39,249 nucleotides of DNA. Source: Saprolegnia diclina VS20 (lineage: Eukaryota). Of this stretch, positions 9,501 through 18,821 are shown piece after piece (positions within the stretch are counted from its first letter, which is position 1; each line of letters opens with the position of its first letter). The notes beneath the pieces were generated by a model. That model was not told where the DNA came from and did not search any database. It saw only the letters and a program-made list of their open reading frames with translations. The translations under genes and the position numbers were made by a program. The stretch covers positions 767,679 to 806,927 of the forward strand of contig NW_008246083.1 of the NCBI RefSeq assembly GCF_000281045.1, read 5' to 3'.

Positions 9501-12008
9501 CTATATTGCGTCAAGCATCGGCGCTTCGAGCTTGGTCGCGGTCTCAACGTCACGGCCCATCGGGTCATCCTCGCCCACCGTCTCGGCCTTGACAATGTCC
9601 TCGCGCTTGATGGCGGCTTCGTCCGTGTCGTCCGAGGCTTCGCCGCTCGTCGTGGGCTCTGGCGCCTTGGCCACGCGGCGCTTCTTGGTCTTCTTGGCCG
9701 GCTTCTTGGCGGCTTTCTTGGCTGCCTTGTCTTCTTTCGAGTTGTTGAGATCGTCGGGCGCCATGGTGCCCCGGCACGTCGATGCGCCGCAGTAGCACGT
9801 AAAGGCCGACGCGGCGGTCGTCTCCATTTGGTAGTCGTACGAAAGCTCTTCGTGCGGCTCAATGTCGCGGAGGGCCGTGATCGCGATGCGCTTGTGCTCG
9901 CCGACGTCCCAGATGAGGAGGTGGCAGTTGGGGTCGCACGAGTGGTTGATGAAGCGCGACTCGGAGCCCTTGAAGCGGCCGTCAATGTACATGCGCCCGG
10001 GCACGAGCGCCATGATGTACCAGTTGATGTCGTGGAGCTCGCCGAGCCGCTTCGTCTTCATCTCCTCGTTGATGACCTCGCCCACGTACTCGACCACGAG
10101 GTCGCCGCCCTTGATGGGCACGAGCGTCTTGAGCCCAAAGCCCTTGCTGCCGCACGGCACGACGGCCGTCGACGGGATCTTGCATTCCTGCAGCGCGCGG
10201 TTGCCGCAGCCCGGGCCGAGGTTGCAGTTGAACATCTTGGCGTTGCCGTCGCGGCCGCCGCCGACGCACTCGACAAAGATGGCGCGGTTGATGCAGTCGT
10301 CACCGCACGCTTCCGTGCAGATGCAGCGCGGGAGGTCGTTGAGGTCCGGGTTCTTGCCCGGCTTGAAGAGGTACCGGTTGCGCTTGAGCTTCTGGTACCG
10401 CGGCGGCTGCGAGTTGTGCTCCTCGAGGATGACGCGGCTGAGGCGGAAGTGCAGGAGCGCGCTTGCGTCGTCAAAGAGCGGATTGTCCTTTGGGAGGTAC
10501 AGGTCTGGGAACCGGACCTTGCCGTCGCGATGCACAATGTCGCCGCCCATGTAGTGCGGTGGGACATCCGGCAGCGGGGCCTCATGCTTGCCGCAGATGG
10601 TCGCGACGTTGTTGTAGCGGGCGCTCGGCGGGATGCAGCCCGGGTGGTACGAGGTCGGGCACTTGAGGCACTGCATGAGGTCCGCGTCTTTGGTCCGCCG
10701 CGCGTCGCACGTCCAGCAGCGGTGCGCCGGACACTTGATGTGGAACGAGCGCTCGTCGACGTCGAAGCGGTGGTCCTTGGCGATGCACTCAAAGTGGTAG
10801 AACCGGCCGCAGCCTCGGAGGTCGCAGCGCAGCAGCGTCTGCTTGTACGTGCCAGGCTCGCCGCAGAGAAAGCAGTCGTGCTGCCCGCTCTTGCAGTCGT
10901 CGCAGAAGAACGGCTCGGTCGACTGCACGTCAGTGTCGTCGAGGCCGAGGCAGCACTGGTGGAAGACACGGCAGCACGGCCCGTCGCAGTACACGAGGTC
11001 GCTCAGCTGCTCGTCGTCGACCTGGACGCAGCTGGCGCAAATCTCTTTGTCCATCATGTGCGTCATTGGCTGAGGGTGGGCGAGCTCGTCGGCCGCGCGT
11101 CGAGTTGCTGCCGAAAACACAGCGTCCCGAAGCTCCTCCTCCGAGCGCCCGGTTGTAAGCCACGCGGGAACCACAGGCTTCTTGGAGGCAACCTTGGTCT
11201 TCTTGGGCGCCGGCTCGTCGTCCTCATCCTCGTCCTCTTGGTCGCTCAAGACATCGCGCGGCGGAGGCGGCTCGACCTCGTCGCCCTTTGCTGCGCGCTT
11301 CATACGCGGCCGCATGTCGGCAATGCGCTCGAGGTCAGCGATGCTGAGCACCGACTTCTTCCTGGGCTGCGGATTCTTGGGCTTGGACGCCGTCCGTGGT
11401 CGCGTGATGGCGGGCTTTGGCTTTGGCAGCGGCTTGCCGGTCGCCTCGAACAGCAGAAACTCTGCGGACGGGGCCACGCGGGACTTATTGGCGGCGGGCT
11501 TGGCGTCGCGCGTGTACATGTCGGCGGGCGCGAGGCAGTCGTAGCTGTCGTCGTAGTAGATCCGGTCGCACTTGTGGCCGTACCCATAGAAGTGTACCTT
11601 GATGTAATCGGGCTTCTTGGCGACAACGTCGGCGGCGTACCAGTGGAAGTCTTTCTGGCACTTGGCGTCGAGCTTGGACCCGACCTTGAGCTGCGCGATG
11701 AACGCGAGGTCGGTCACATGCGGCGTGAACTTGGGGTCCGAGACGTCGACCTTTGGCGGCTCATCGTCATCGTCGTTCAAGATGGAGCTCAGCGAGTTGG
11801 AACGGTGCGTCGCGACGGGGCTCGCGGGCGCGACCGGTGTGCTGGCGTCATTGCCTTCCGCGGTCTTGACGAGGAAGCCGGCCATGCCGGTCTGCTTCAT
11901 CGCCGGCCGCGGCTGGTCGACGCTGCGGCTGCCATGGTCGACGTGCTCGGCCTCGTGCTCTATCATCGACCACGAAACCCCAGAGTGCTCCAAGGTCGGT
12001 CCCTCCAT
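9501..12008 (-). CDS. NSD/ASH1-like histone-lysine N-methyltransferase (Tudor/MBT-like + PHD fingers + AWS + SET + post-SET)
   Basis: LKVGSKLDAK..WYAADVV..IKVHFYGY (Royal-family-like), tandem PHD fingers (CASC..CDGPCCRVFH..C; CGRFYH; CLKCPTSYH), AWS CGDDCINR, SET RFINHSCDPNC / ELSYDY, post-SET CYCGASTCRG. Start ATG 12008 is tentative. Confidence 0.9.
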   Translation of the reverse strand: MEGPTLEHSGVSWSMIEHEAEHVDHGSRSVDQPRPAMKQTGMAGFLVKTAEGNDASTPVAPASPVATHRSNSLSSILNDDDDEPPKVDVSDPKFTPHVTDLAFIAQLKVGSKLDAKCQKDFHWYAADVVAKKPDYIKVHFYGYGHKCDRIYYDDSYDCLAPADMYTRDAKPAANKSRVAPSAEFLLFEATGKPLPKPKPAITRPRTASKPKNPQPRKKSVLSIADLERIADMRPRMKRAAKGDEVEPPPPRDVLSDQEDEDEDDEPAPKKTKVASKKPVVPAWLTTGRSEEELRDAVFSAATRRAADELAHPQPMTHMMDKEICASCVQVDDEQLSDLVYCDGPCCRVFHQCCLGLDDTDVQSTEPFFCDDCKSGQHDCFLCGEPGTYKQTLLRCDLRGCGRFYHFECIAKDHRFDVDERSFHIKCPAHRCWTCDARRTKDADLMQCLKCPTSYHPGCIPPSARYNNVATICGKHEAPLPDVPPHYMGGDIVHRDGKVRFPDLYLPKDNPLFDDASALLHFRLSRVILEEHNSQPPRYQKLKRNRYLFKPGKNPDLNDLPRCICTEACGDDCINRAIFVECVGGGRDGNAKMFNCNLGPGCGNRALQECKIPSTAVVPCGSKGFGLKTLVPIKGGDLVVEYVGEVINEEMKTKRLGELHDINWYIMALVPGRMYIDGRFKGSESRFINHSCDPNCHLLIWDVGEHKRIAITALRDIEPHEELSYDYQMETTAASAFTCYCGASTCRGTMAPDDLNNSKEDKAAKKAAKKPAKKTKKRRVAKAPEPTTSGEASDDTDEAAIKREDIVKAETVGEDDPMGRDVETATKLEAPMLDAI

Positions 12009-12419
12009 CACCGGTATCCGGATACTCCCAAACTCGATCATACAAACGACAAGTGTTTTTGCAGGCAGAGAGCCGTCGCATCCGGATATATTGGCGCCTT
12101 TTTTGCCAACTTGACCCGGCACCCGACGCGACGGCCCACGAAGAGGTACCGAGAGCGTTAGCCTTGAAGAAGCTCTCCCTTCGCCCGCTTTGCTGGCGTG
12201 TGGAGTGTGTGGAGTCCGACACCCGTGGGCTGGTTGGTTTGGGTTATATAGGTTAAATTTCACCCAGGTGGCGTTCAAGGCAAAGTGCCAGTTGGTCGGG
12301 ATTGTTAAATTTACTGGCGCGCCGCATAGAAAAAGAGAGGGAGAAAATCATGGATCCTATTTTATCATCTTTTTTTGCGCGCGGAGCAGCGTTGAGCAGC
12401 CTTGGGCATTTCCTGGATT

Positions 12420-12615
12420 ACGTAATCTCGCTTGGTTGATTACGTCATACTAGCGAGGTCAGTAAAACGCCAGCCAATCAGAACGGGGCATGAAACGCCA
12501 GTACTGCGCTGCATGGCCAGCTCTGATTGGACAAAATGATGGATTTCCCAGGGGCTAGATCAACGGCCATACAAAATTCAAGTTAATCATCCATGCAACA
12601 TCATTGGACAAAATG
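12420..12615. promoter_or_regulatory. CCAAT-box cluster upstream of the SET gene
   Basis: AGCCAATCAG at about 12472-12481, and ATTGGACAAAATG repeated at 12526-12538 and 12603-12615. Confidence 0.45.
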
Positions 12616-14065
12616 GAGCGGTTTTCCATGGCCGTGAACGCCGCAATCATCATGCGGTCCACGGCGACCGCACGTGGCGTGACGTGGTTCACGACCGGCC
12701 GTGGGAGTCGCCTCAGCGACGCATGAAGCTGAGACGCGCGCCTCTGCTACCAAGCGCTACAGCCTGCGCCCCTCAACACAGCTGCTCCTGCTCAGCCCCG
12801 TGCGCTCGTCGCCTCCCGCTCTACCCTCGCTCACGGCGACTCCCGAGAAGACGCCAAGCCGCGCGTGAGCGCCAACCACCGAGGCGGCGAGCCGATCGCA
12901 CAAGGTACGTAGAGCGACACCCATCGCGCTGCCCGTGCTTGCTTGCTCACATCAGTGTTGCTCTGGTAGCGCATTGTCCACCTGCGCAAGGGTCCTTCGC
13001 GGCAACCGGGCTCTTCAAGATTGACCACCGTTGGCCCACGGCAGATAGCTGGGTAGCTGAGTCGTTGACCCGCGTCGCGGACGCCCTGCGTTGGAAACGA
13101 TGCCGGTAGCAAACGCGTGGTCAGCGAAGGCGCGCCGAGGTCGAGCGACAAAGCGACAACGAGACGCGATTGAAGCCGCTGGGTAGTATTGCATGTATGT
13201 AAGTTAATGAGATTGCTACATTCGTGAAGGACAAGACTGACACGAGTGCGCTCGAGAAGGCGCTGTCTAAAGGCGACATACCGGAGTCAACGGAGGCAAA
13301 AGGCGCACCTCGACAGCGTGCCGGCGGTGCCCGTGTTGCTTAGGGCTCGCAGCGCAGTGCAGCTTTGGCGCGGAATCAGCGCGCTGGCGCATTTTGATGC
13401 TATACGAGCAAGCGTCGTAGGCGCCCATTCAGGCGATGGTGGTAGCTTGGTGGTGGCGACCAGGTAGCGCGCCGCCAGCAGCGGCACGTGGGGTAGTCTG
13501 TGCTGACCAGAGCGACACATGTTGGCTATGCAAGCGCGCACCAGCGGACTATGCTAGGGAGATGACGATTTGTAGCCTCCAAGCCGGAAGAAGCGATGCC
13601 AGCGGCGCCGGCATGGGTGGCCAGTGCAGCGCCATCCGCGCGGACCGCCCGCGCGGCCTGGAGCGCCCGACGCAATAGAATGCAGTGCAGTACCCTTTGC
13701 CATCCTATAGCCAAGGTCCGTATTTGATTTCACAGGATATAAAGTCTCAATAGAGCATACGCCAGTAAACGTTAAGGGCCCAATCAAACGGCACTTCGCC
13801 GCGTTCAACACCGGTATTGCGCAATGCATTCGTAGTGTTTACGAGTCAAACCCGATCGAGGTCGTTCCGCGGTCCCGAGCGAGCTACATGCGCGGGCTAC
13901 GGCTGCAAGCACTGCAGATACCAGCAGAGACGCGGTAGTCCCAGCTCCTTGCTGCCATGGCGCTGACGTGCCGAGCGAGGCCTTGGCAACTGTTTCGATT
14001 TCAGCAATTCTCAGATTTCCTGTATCTTGGCCGAACACTCCGGAATTGACCAGGAAGACGAAGGA

Positions 14066-15863
14066 ATGGTCGTCCGCGTCGCGCTTGTTGCCGCGCTCGT
14101 CGCGCGCTGCTTGGCCGAAGACGCCCACGCTGCCCAAGTACGGGCGCAAGCGGCGGCGGTTGCGCGCTCCGTCGACGTATGACCGTTGGAGTCTCATCGG
14201 TCTGTCCTGCTGCGTAGGCCATTGAGGCGCACACACGCCTGATCTTGGACGCGCTCCACGAACATCCCATCACGTCTGTGCTCGTGGGCCAGCCGCTCGG
14301 CCTGCTTGTAAGACGCAACCGCTGGTACTCCACGCGCTCAAGCCATCTCGCTAAATAGACGCAGTACGTCCCGATCGAGCAAGCGGTCGCGCTCCTGTGC
14401 GTCGTCACGCTCGCCGCCACGTACTTGATCCCCAAGGTGCTCAGCCGCCTCCTGGCGCCGACGACGGACGCGCCCAAGGTACCGATGCACACGTGGCGCG
14501 AGCTCAAGGCCTAGGACCATAGACGCTTGTGCCCACGATCCGCGCCGCAGCTCTCGACGCCGAGGCCCGGCGCCCGAACGCGTACCCGCCCAACTGCCCC
14601 GTCGCGACGGCGCGCCACGGAACGACCACGGTACCTTTATGACATCGAGGCAAAAGACACATGCCGGCGTAGGTCGTCGCGTACGATGCGGGGAAGAAGG
14701 CGTATGCAGTCGAGACGTCGACGCACGAGCGCGTGACCGTCGCTTCGGACGACGTCGTGACGGCAACGGTCCAAGATTTGTACGTGTACCCGATCAAGTC
14801 GTGCAAGGGCCTCCGCCTCGCGTCTGCCGCCGTACTCCGTACGCCTGCTCTTGATGGTGGAGGATGCTACCTTGGACCTGTAGCCCACGGCTTGCAGTGC
14901 GACCGTCAATGGATGTTCATGGACGCCAAAGGCACCTTCCTCTCGCAGCGCAAGCACCCGAAGATGGCGCTGATTGCTCCGGAGGTCGACGTGACCAACG
15001 CCGAGGTAGTGAGATGCGAGAGACTGCGAAAATCAAAGCCGTTCGGCGTAGGCGCTGACGCTGACGGCGCCGGGCATGCCGTCGCTGCGTGTGCCGGTGC
15101 TGCGCTCGGGCGTCGAGCACCGCGTGCGCGTCTGGAAGGACTACATGCTCGGCGTTGACCAAGGCGACGCGGCGGCGCAGTGGGCCGCAACGTTCCTCGG
15201 GCTCCCGGACATTCGCCTCGTGCGCTTCAAGGACGGCTTCCACCGCCAGTGCGACGAGGCCTTCGCCCCAGACCACGCCACGGGTACTTGGACAACTTGT
15301 CCAATTTGCGCTCCAACGTTTTCTTAGCGTTTGCCGACGGGTTCCCGGTCTTGATTGCGTGCCAGGCGTCGATCGACGCCATGAGCGCCGCCGCCAAGCA
15401 CCCCGTCGAGATGGCTCGCTTCCGCCCCAAGTACAACTTCCTCTACAAGGTTGTTGCTCAATAGCCGTATAGCATTGTCATGACGGGCGCGCCGGCGTTC
15501 GCCGATGACGTCTGGGACTGCTTTGAGATCGGCTCTGTGCGCTTCCAGAACGTCAAGCCGTGTTCGCGCTGCAGCATGCCGTCCGTGAACCAAGCGACGG
15601 GCGAAAAGGACGAGGCGGGCGCCGCGCTCCAGTCGGCGCTTCTCGCCTCTCGGTACGATGCTGTCGTAGGACGTTGCTCATGGCTCGAGTAGCAACGGCG
15701 CGCAACTGGCCTTCCTCAAGAAGCGCGCCAACGACGTACGCCACAACATTTGATTGCGTTAACGTAAGCGTCGTAGGTCTTCTTCGGCTCGAACGTTGTG
15801 ACGCTCCACGGCGCGTCGCTCGCGGTCGGCGACCGTCTCAAAGTGCTGACGCTGCTCCAATAA
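14066..15863 (+). CDS. MOSC-domain protein (mARC/YcbX-like) with long N-terminal extension; about 10 short introns
   Basis: Manual splicing gives MVVRVALVAALV... then LYVYPIKSCKG, DRQW, FADGFPVL, RFRPNIV, KPCSRC (Moco-ligand Cys), FGSN..GASLAVGDRLKV, TAA 15861-15863. Introns include 14177-14217, 14308-14358, 14479-14522, 14631-14672 and 14839-14883, all preserving frame. Confidence 0.85.
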
Positions 15864-15868
15864 CTGTC

Positions 15869-17193
15869 TTAATTGACGCCGCAGCAGACGGTGACCTTGT
15901 CGCCCGTGCCCAGATCGCTCGGACAGAGCTCGAGCGAGCTCGTTCGGTAGAGCCAGATGCCCATGCGGCTGCACTTGGTGTTGGTCGTCTTCTTGCAGAG
16001 GCTCGTGACGATGGACCACGCCGCGTCGCCGGCCTTGACGGTGTAGCTGATGCCGCTGCGGCAAAACACCGAGAGCGGCTTTGTGGCTTTCGGGGGCGCC
16101 GGCACGGCCGTCGGCGGCGCCGTGTGCACGCTCTTGAACCCCTGGCGCGTGTCGAGCACTTGGCTCAGCGCCGGGTACTCGGTGTACATGTCCTGGGACG
16201 CAGTCCAGACGCCGACGCCGCCTGCTGCGACGCCGAAGGTCGTGAAGCTTGCGATCGTCGCCATCGTCAGGTCGGGACCCCACGACGCGCTGCCGGGCGC
16301 CGAGACGACGATGTTGACTTTGGAGGACCCGAGGAGGGCCGTCCACTTGGCAAAGATACCGTCGGATAAGAGCGCGGCCGGGTACACGAGGCTCGCTTCA
16401 GCTTCGTCTTTGGCTGCGTTGAAGGCAAATACGTTGACCCAGTCGACGAGCGCGACGAGGTCCGACGGAAAGCACTTGGACTCGGCGCAGACGCCAGCGT
16501 CGGCCTCGAAGAGGCGCGCGTCGTACGTGAGCGTGAGGTTCTCGGGGCGCACGACGTTCGACAGCGCTGTCATGTAGGCGACGACGCCGTCGGCCGTGTA
16601 GTTGGAGGTCGCGTCCGACTCGTCGTGGACGGCGACACCGTCGAATTCGAACTTGTCAAGAAGCGTCGAGACACCGTCGGCGACCTGGGCCGGCGGCGAT
16701 GCAATGAGCTCGGACGTGTTGACGCTGTGGAGCCCAACGAGCACGTCGACGCAGCGTCTAGTACGCAATCAGATGTGGTGCGATGAGCAGTGTGCGTACT
16801 TGTGCAGCACCGAGAGGCAGGCGTTCACAATGTCGTCGGACGCTTGGAGCGACGGCGCGACGACGCCGTCCCGTCCGACAGTCGCCGCGAAGAGCACAAC
16901 GTGCGTGACGCCGTCGGGAATCTAGAGATGCGTGACGCCTGTCGTATTGCAGGCACGAGGCGCACCGATTCGCAGCCGGCCATCTCGGAGCTCCAGTACG
17001 CGACGACGCGCTTACCAGGCGCAACGCTCGAGCAGTTGGTGGGCCGCGTGTTGCCTGCATCGTTGGCCGAGGGCGCGACGTCGTCGAAGGTCGGCGTTGG
17101 CGACGACTTGAAGACGCCGCAGAGAGCGAGGATACCGCAGACAACGCCGATGAAGACGACGACTACAGACGCATTAGCTCTTGAGGCAGCCAT
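15869..17193 (-). CDS. GH18 (chitinase-fold)-like protein with degenerate active site, Pro/Thr linker and C-terminal LysM-like domain; introns 16922-16965 and 16758-16799
   Basis: RVVAYW, THVVLF, FDGVAVHDE (canonical DGxDxDxE), VDWVNVFAFN (canonical DFINxMxYD) and GVGVWTASQD. Tail YTVKAGDAAWSIV...CPSDLGTGDKVTVC. N-terminal hydrophobic segment. Confidence 0.75.
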
Positions 17194-17300
17194 CGTCCTT
17201 GCCTACCGCCGGCGACCCGCTCAAGCACTCGGATGCGCTTCATGCTTTCTCGAATATAGCCAGATTGTGTCACATGCTTGCGCTGGTCGCGAGTTTGCCC

Positions 17301-17373
17301 GAAAAAGGTGCTGTAAGTGTGAAAAAGGTGCTGTAAGTGTGAAACAAGGTGCTGTAAGTATGATAAAAGGTGC
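17301..17373. repeat. About 20-bp tandem repeat, about 3.5 copies
   Basis: GAAAAAGGTGCTGTAAGTGT twice exactly (17301-17340), then GAAACAAGGTGCTGTAAGTAT and a partial GATAAAAGGTGC. Confidence 0.9.
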
Positions 17374-17858
17374 GCATATCAGCGAGAGCGCACCGAATCG
17401 TTATCACAACACATGGTCATCGGATTTGCTCGAGCGACTTACGCATCTCGTCACGTTGAGCTACGGGAGAGGGTTCCCATGATGACTGTGGCGCCCGGAG
17501 CTCTTGACGTGGTCCATCGGTCACGCCCTTCTGAGCTAGCGGCCTTGTCGGACTCATTGGGAGCTTGGGATGCGCTTGGGTCGGAGTGTTCCACGGGGGT
17601 GGAATGAGTCGACGCCCAAGCAGAGACGACAGGCGCTTCGTTCGTCAAGAGCCAACGACTTCAATTTGTCGCGAGATGCAAGGCCGCCAACGTTGGTACA
17701 AGGCCACGCGGGTGACGACCCCCCGCAAAAAACGCCGTGTCGATCATCGATGCGGCGGATGTGGCGCGTCCACTCTCGTCGCCTGCCTCCCATCGACTCG
17801 CAAGTATTCTTGACACCAGCTGGTGCGTCAAGATCGCGCCGATTGGCCAGTGGACACG

Positions 17859-18806
17859 ATGGTGCTGACGACGAGCCGCGTGCCCGCGTCGTGCTTGGAC
17901 GGCGCCGAGGTGATGCTGGGCATCGACGAGGCCGGGCGCGGACCGATCCTCGGGCCGATGGTCTACGGCGCGGCCTACTGGCCCGTCGCCCTCGACGGCG
18001 TCATGCGCGCAATGGGCTTTGACGACTCGAAAGCGCTCTCGCACGAGGCGCGCACGCAGCTCTTTGCCAAGATCAAGGCGACGGACGACGTCGGGTACGT
18101 CACGCGGTCCATTCCAGCGGCCGAGATCGCGCACAACATGCTCACGCGCCGGCGCAACCTCAACGAAATGTCGCGCGACGCGGCCATCGAGATGATCCTC
18201 GCGGTGCAAAGGGCCGGCGTCCGCCTCACGCACGTGTACGTCGACACGGTGGGCGACCCGGGCTGGTACCAGTCCTTCCTCACCAAGCGCTTCAACGGCT
18301 CGATCACATTCACGGTCGAGAAGAAGGCCGACAGCCTCTACAAGGTCGTGTCCGCCGCCAGTATCGCGGCCAAGGTCACGCGCGACGCCGAGGTGAGCGA
18401 GTGGGCCTGGGAGCACGCGAGCTTGAAGCTCCCGGTGGACTATGGGTCGGGCTACCCCAGCGACCCCAAGTACGCAACAATTCCTCACAAACCTTGTGGC
18501 CAACCTCTGCGTCTAGGACCAAGCAGTGGCTTGCCGCCCATGTCGAGCGCGTCTTTGGGTACCCGAATATCGTGCGCTTTAGCTGGGGCACGCTCGAGTC
18601 GTATCTCGATCGCATGGCGGCGGTCGAGTGGCCCCACGACAAGGAGGTAACTACCCCTCGAACCCCCAAGTGGCATGCGTCAACGTATCTAGGACGCTCC
18701 TGCCGGCACGCAGTCGATCAAGTCGTTCATGCAGACGCCGACCAAGAAGCGCAAGCGGACGCCGTACTTTGTGCACAACCACTTGGAAGTCGCGTCCGAG
18801 CTCTAA
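17859..18806 (+). CDS. RNASEH2A: Ribonuclease H2 catalytic subunit A; two 3' introns
   Basis: GIDEAGRGPILGPMVY, DDSK, VYVDTVG, VSAASIAAKVTRD, GSGYPSDP|KTKQWL..VFGYPNIVRFSW. Spliced C-terminus ends LEVASEL at TAA 18804-18806. Confidence 0.93.
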
Positions 18807-18821
18807 ACGTCTCGCAATGTA

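Noticed and set aside
9456..12161. 901-aa antisense ORF over the SET gene (and similar shadow ORFs throughout)
   Set aside because: Codon-aligned mirror of a GC3-rich gene; no motifs of its own.
17301..17373. Possible CRISPR array
   Set aside because: Head-to-tail repeats with no spacers, no cas genes, eukaryotic context.
18700..18735. PIP-box-like TQSIKSFM in RNase H2A as a novelty
   Set aside because: Imperfect consensus, and I recall a similar IxSYF-type segment in other eukaryotic H2A tails.
7323..18806. Functional cluster of nuclear/cell-cycle genes (APC7, SET, RNase H2A)
   Set aside because: Interspersed with unrelated genes; no evidence beyond chance adjacency.
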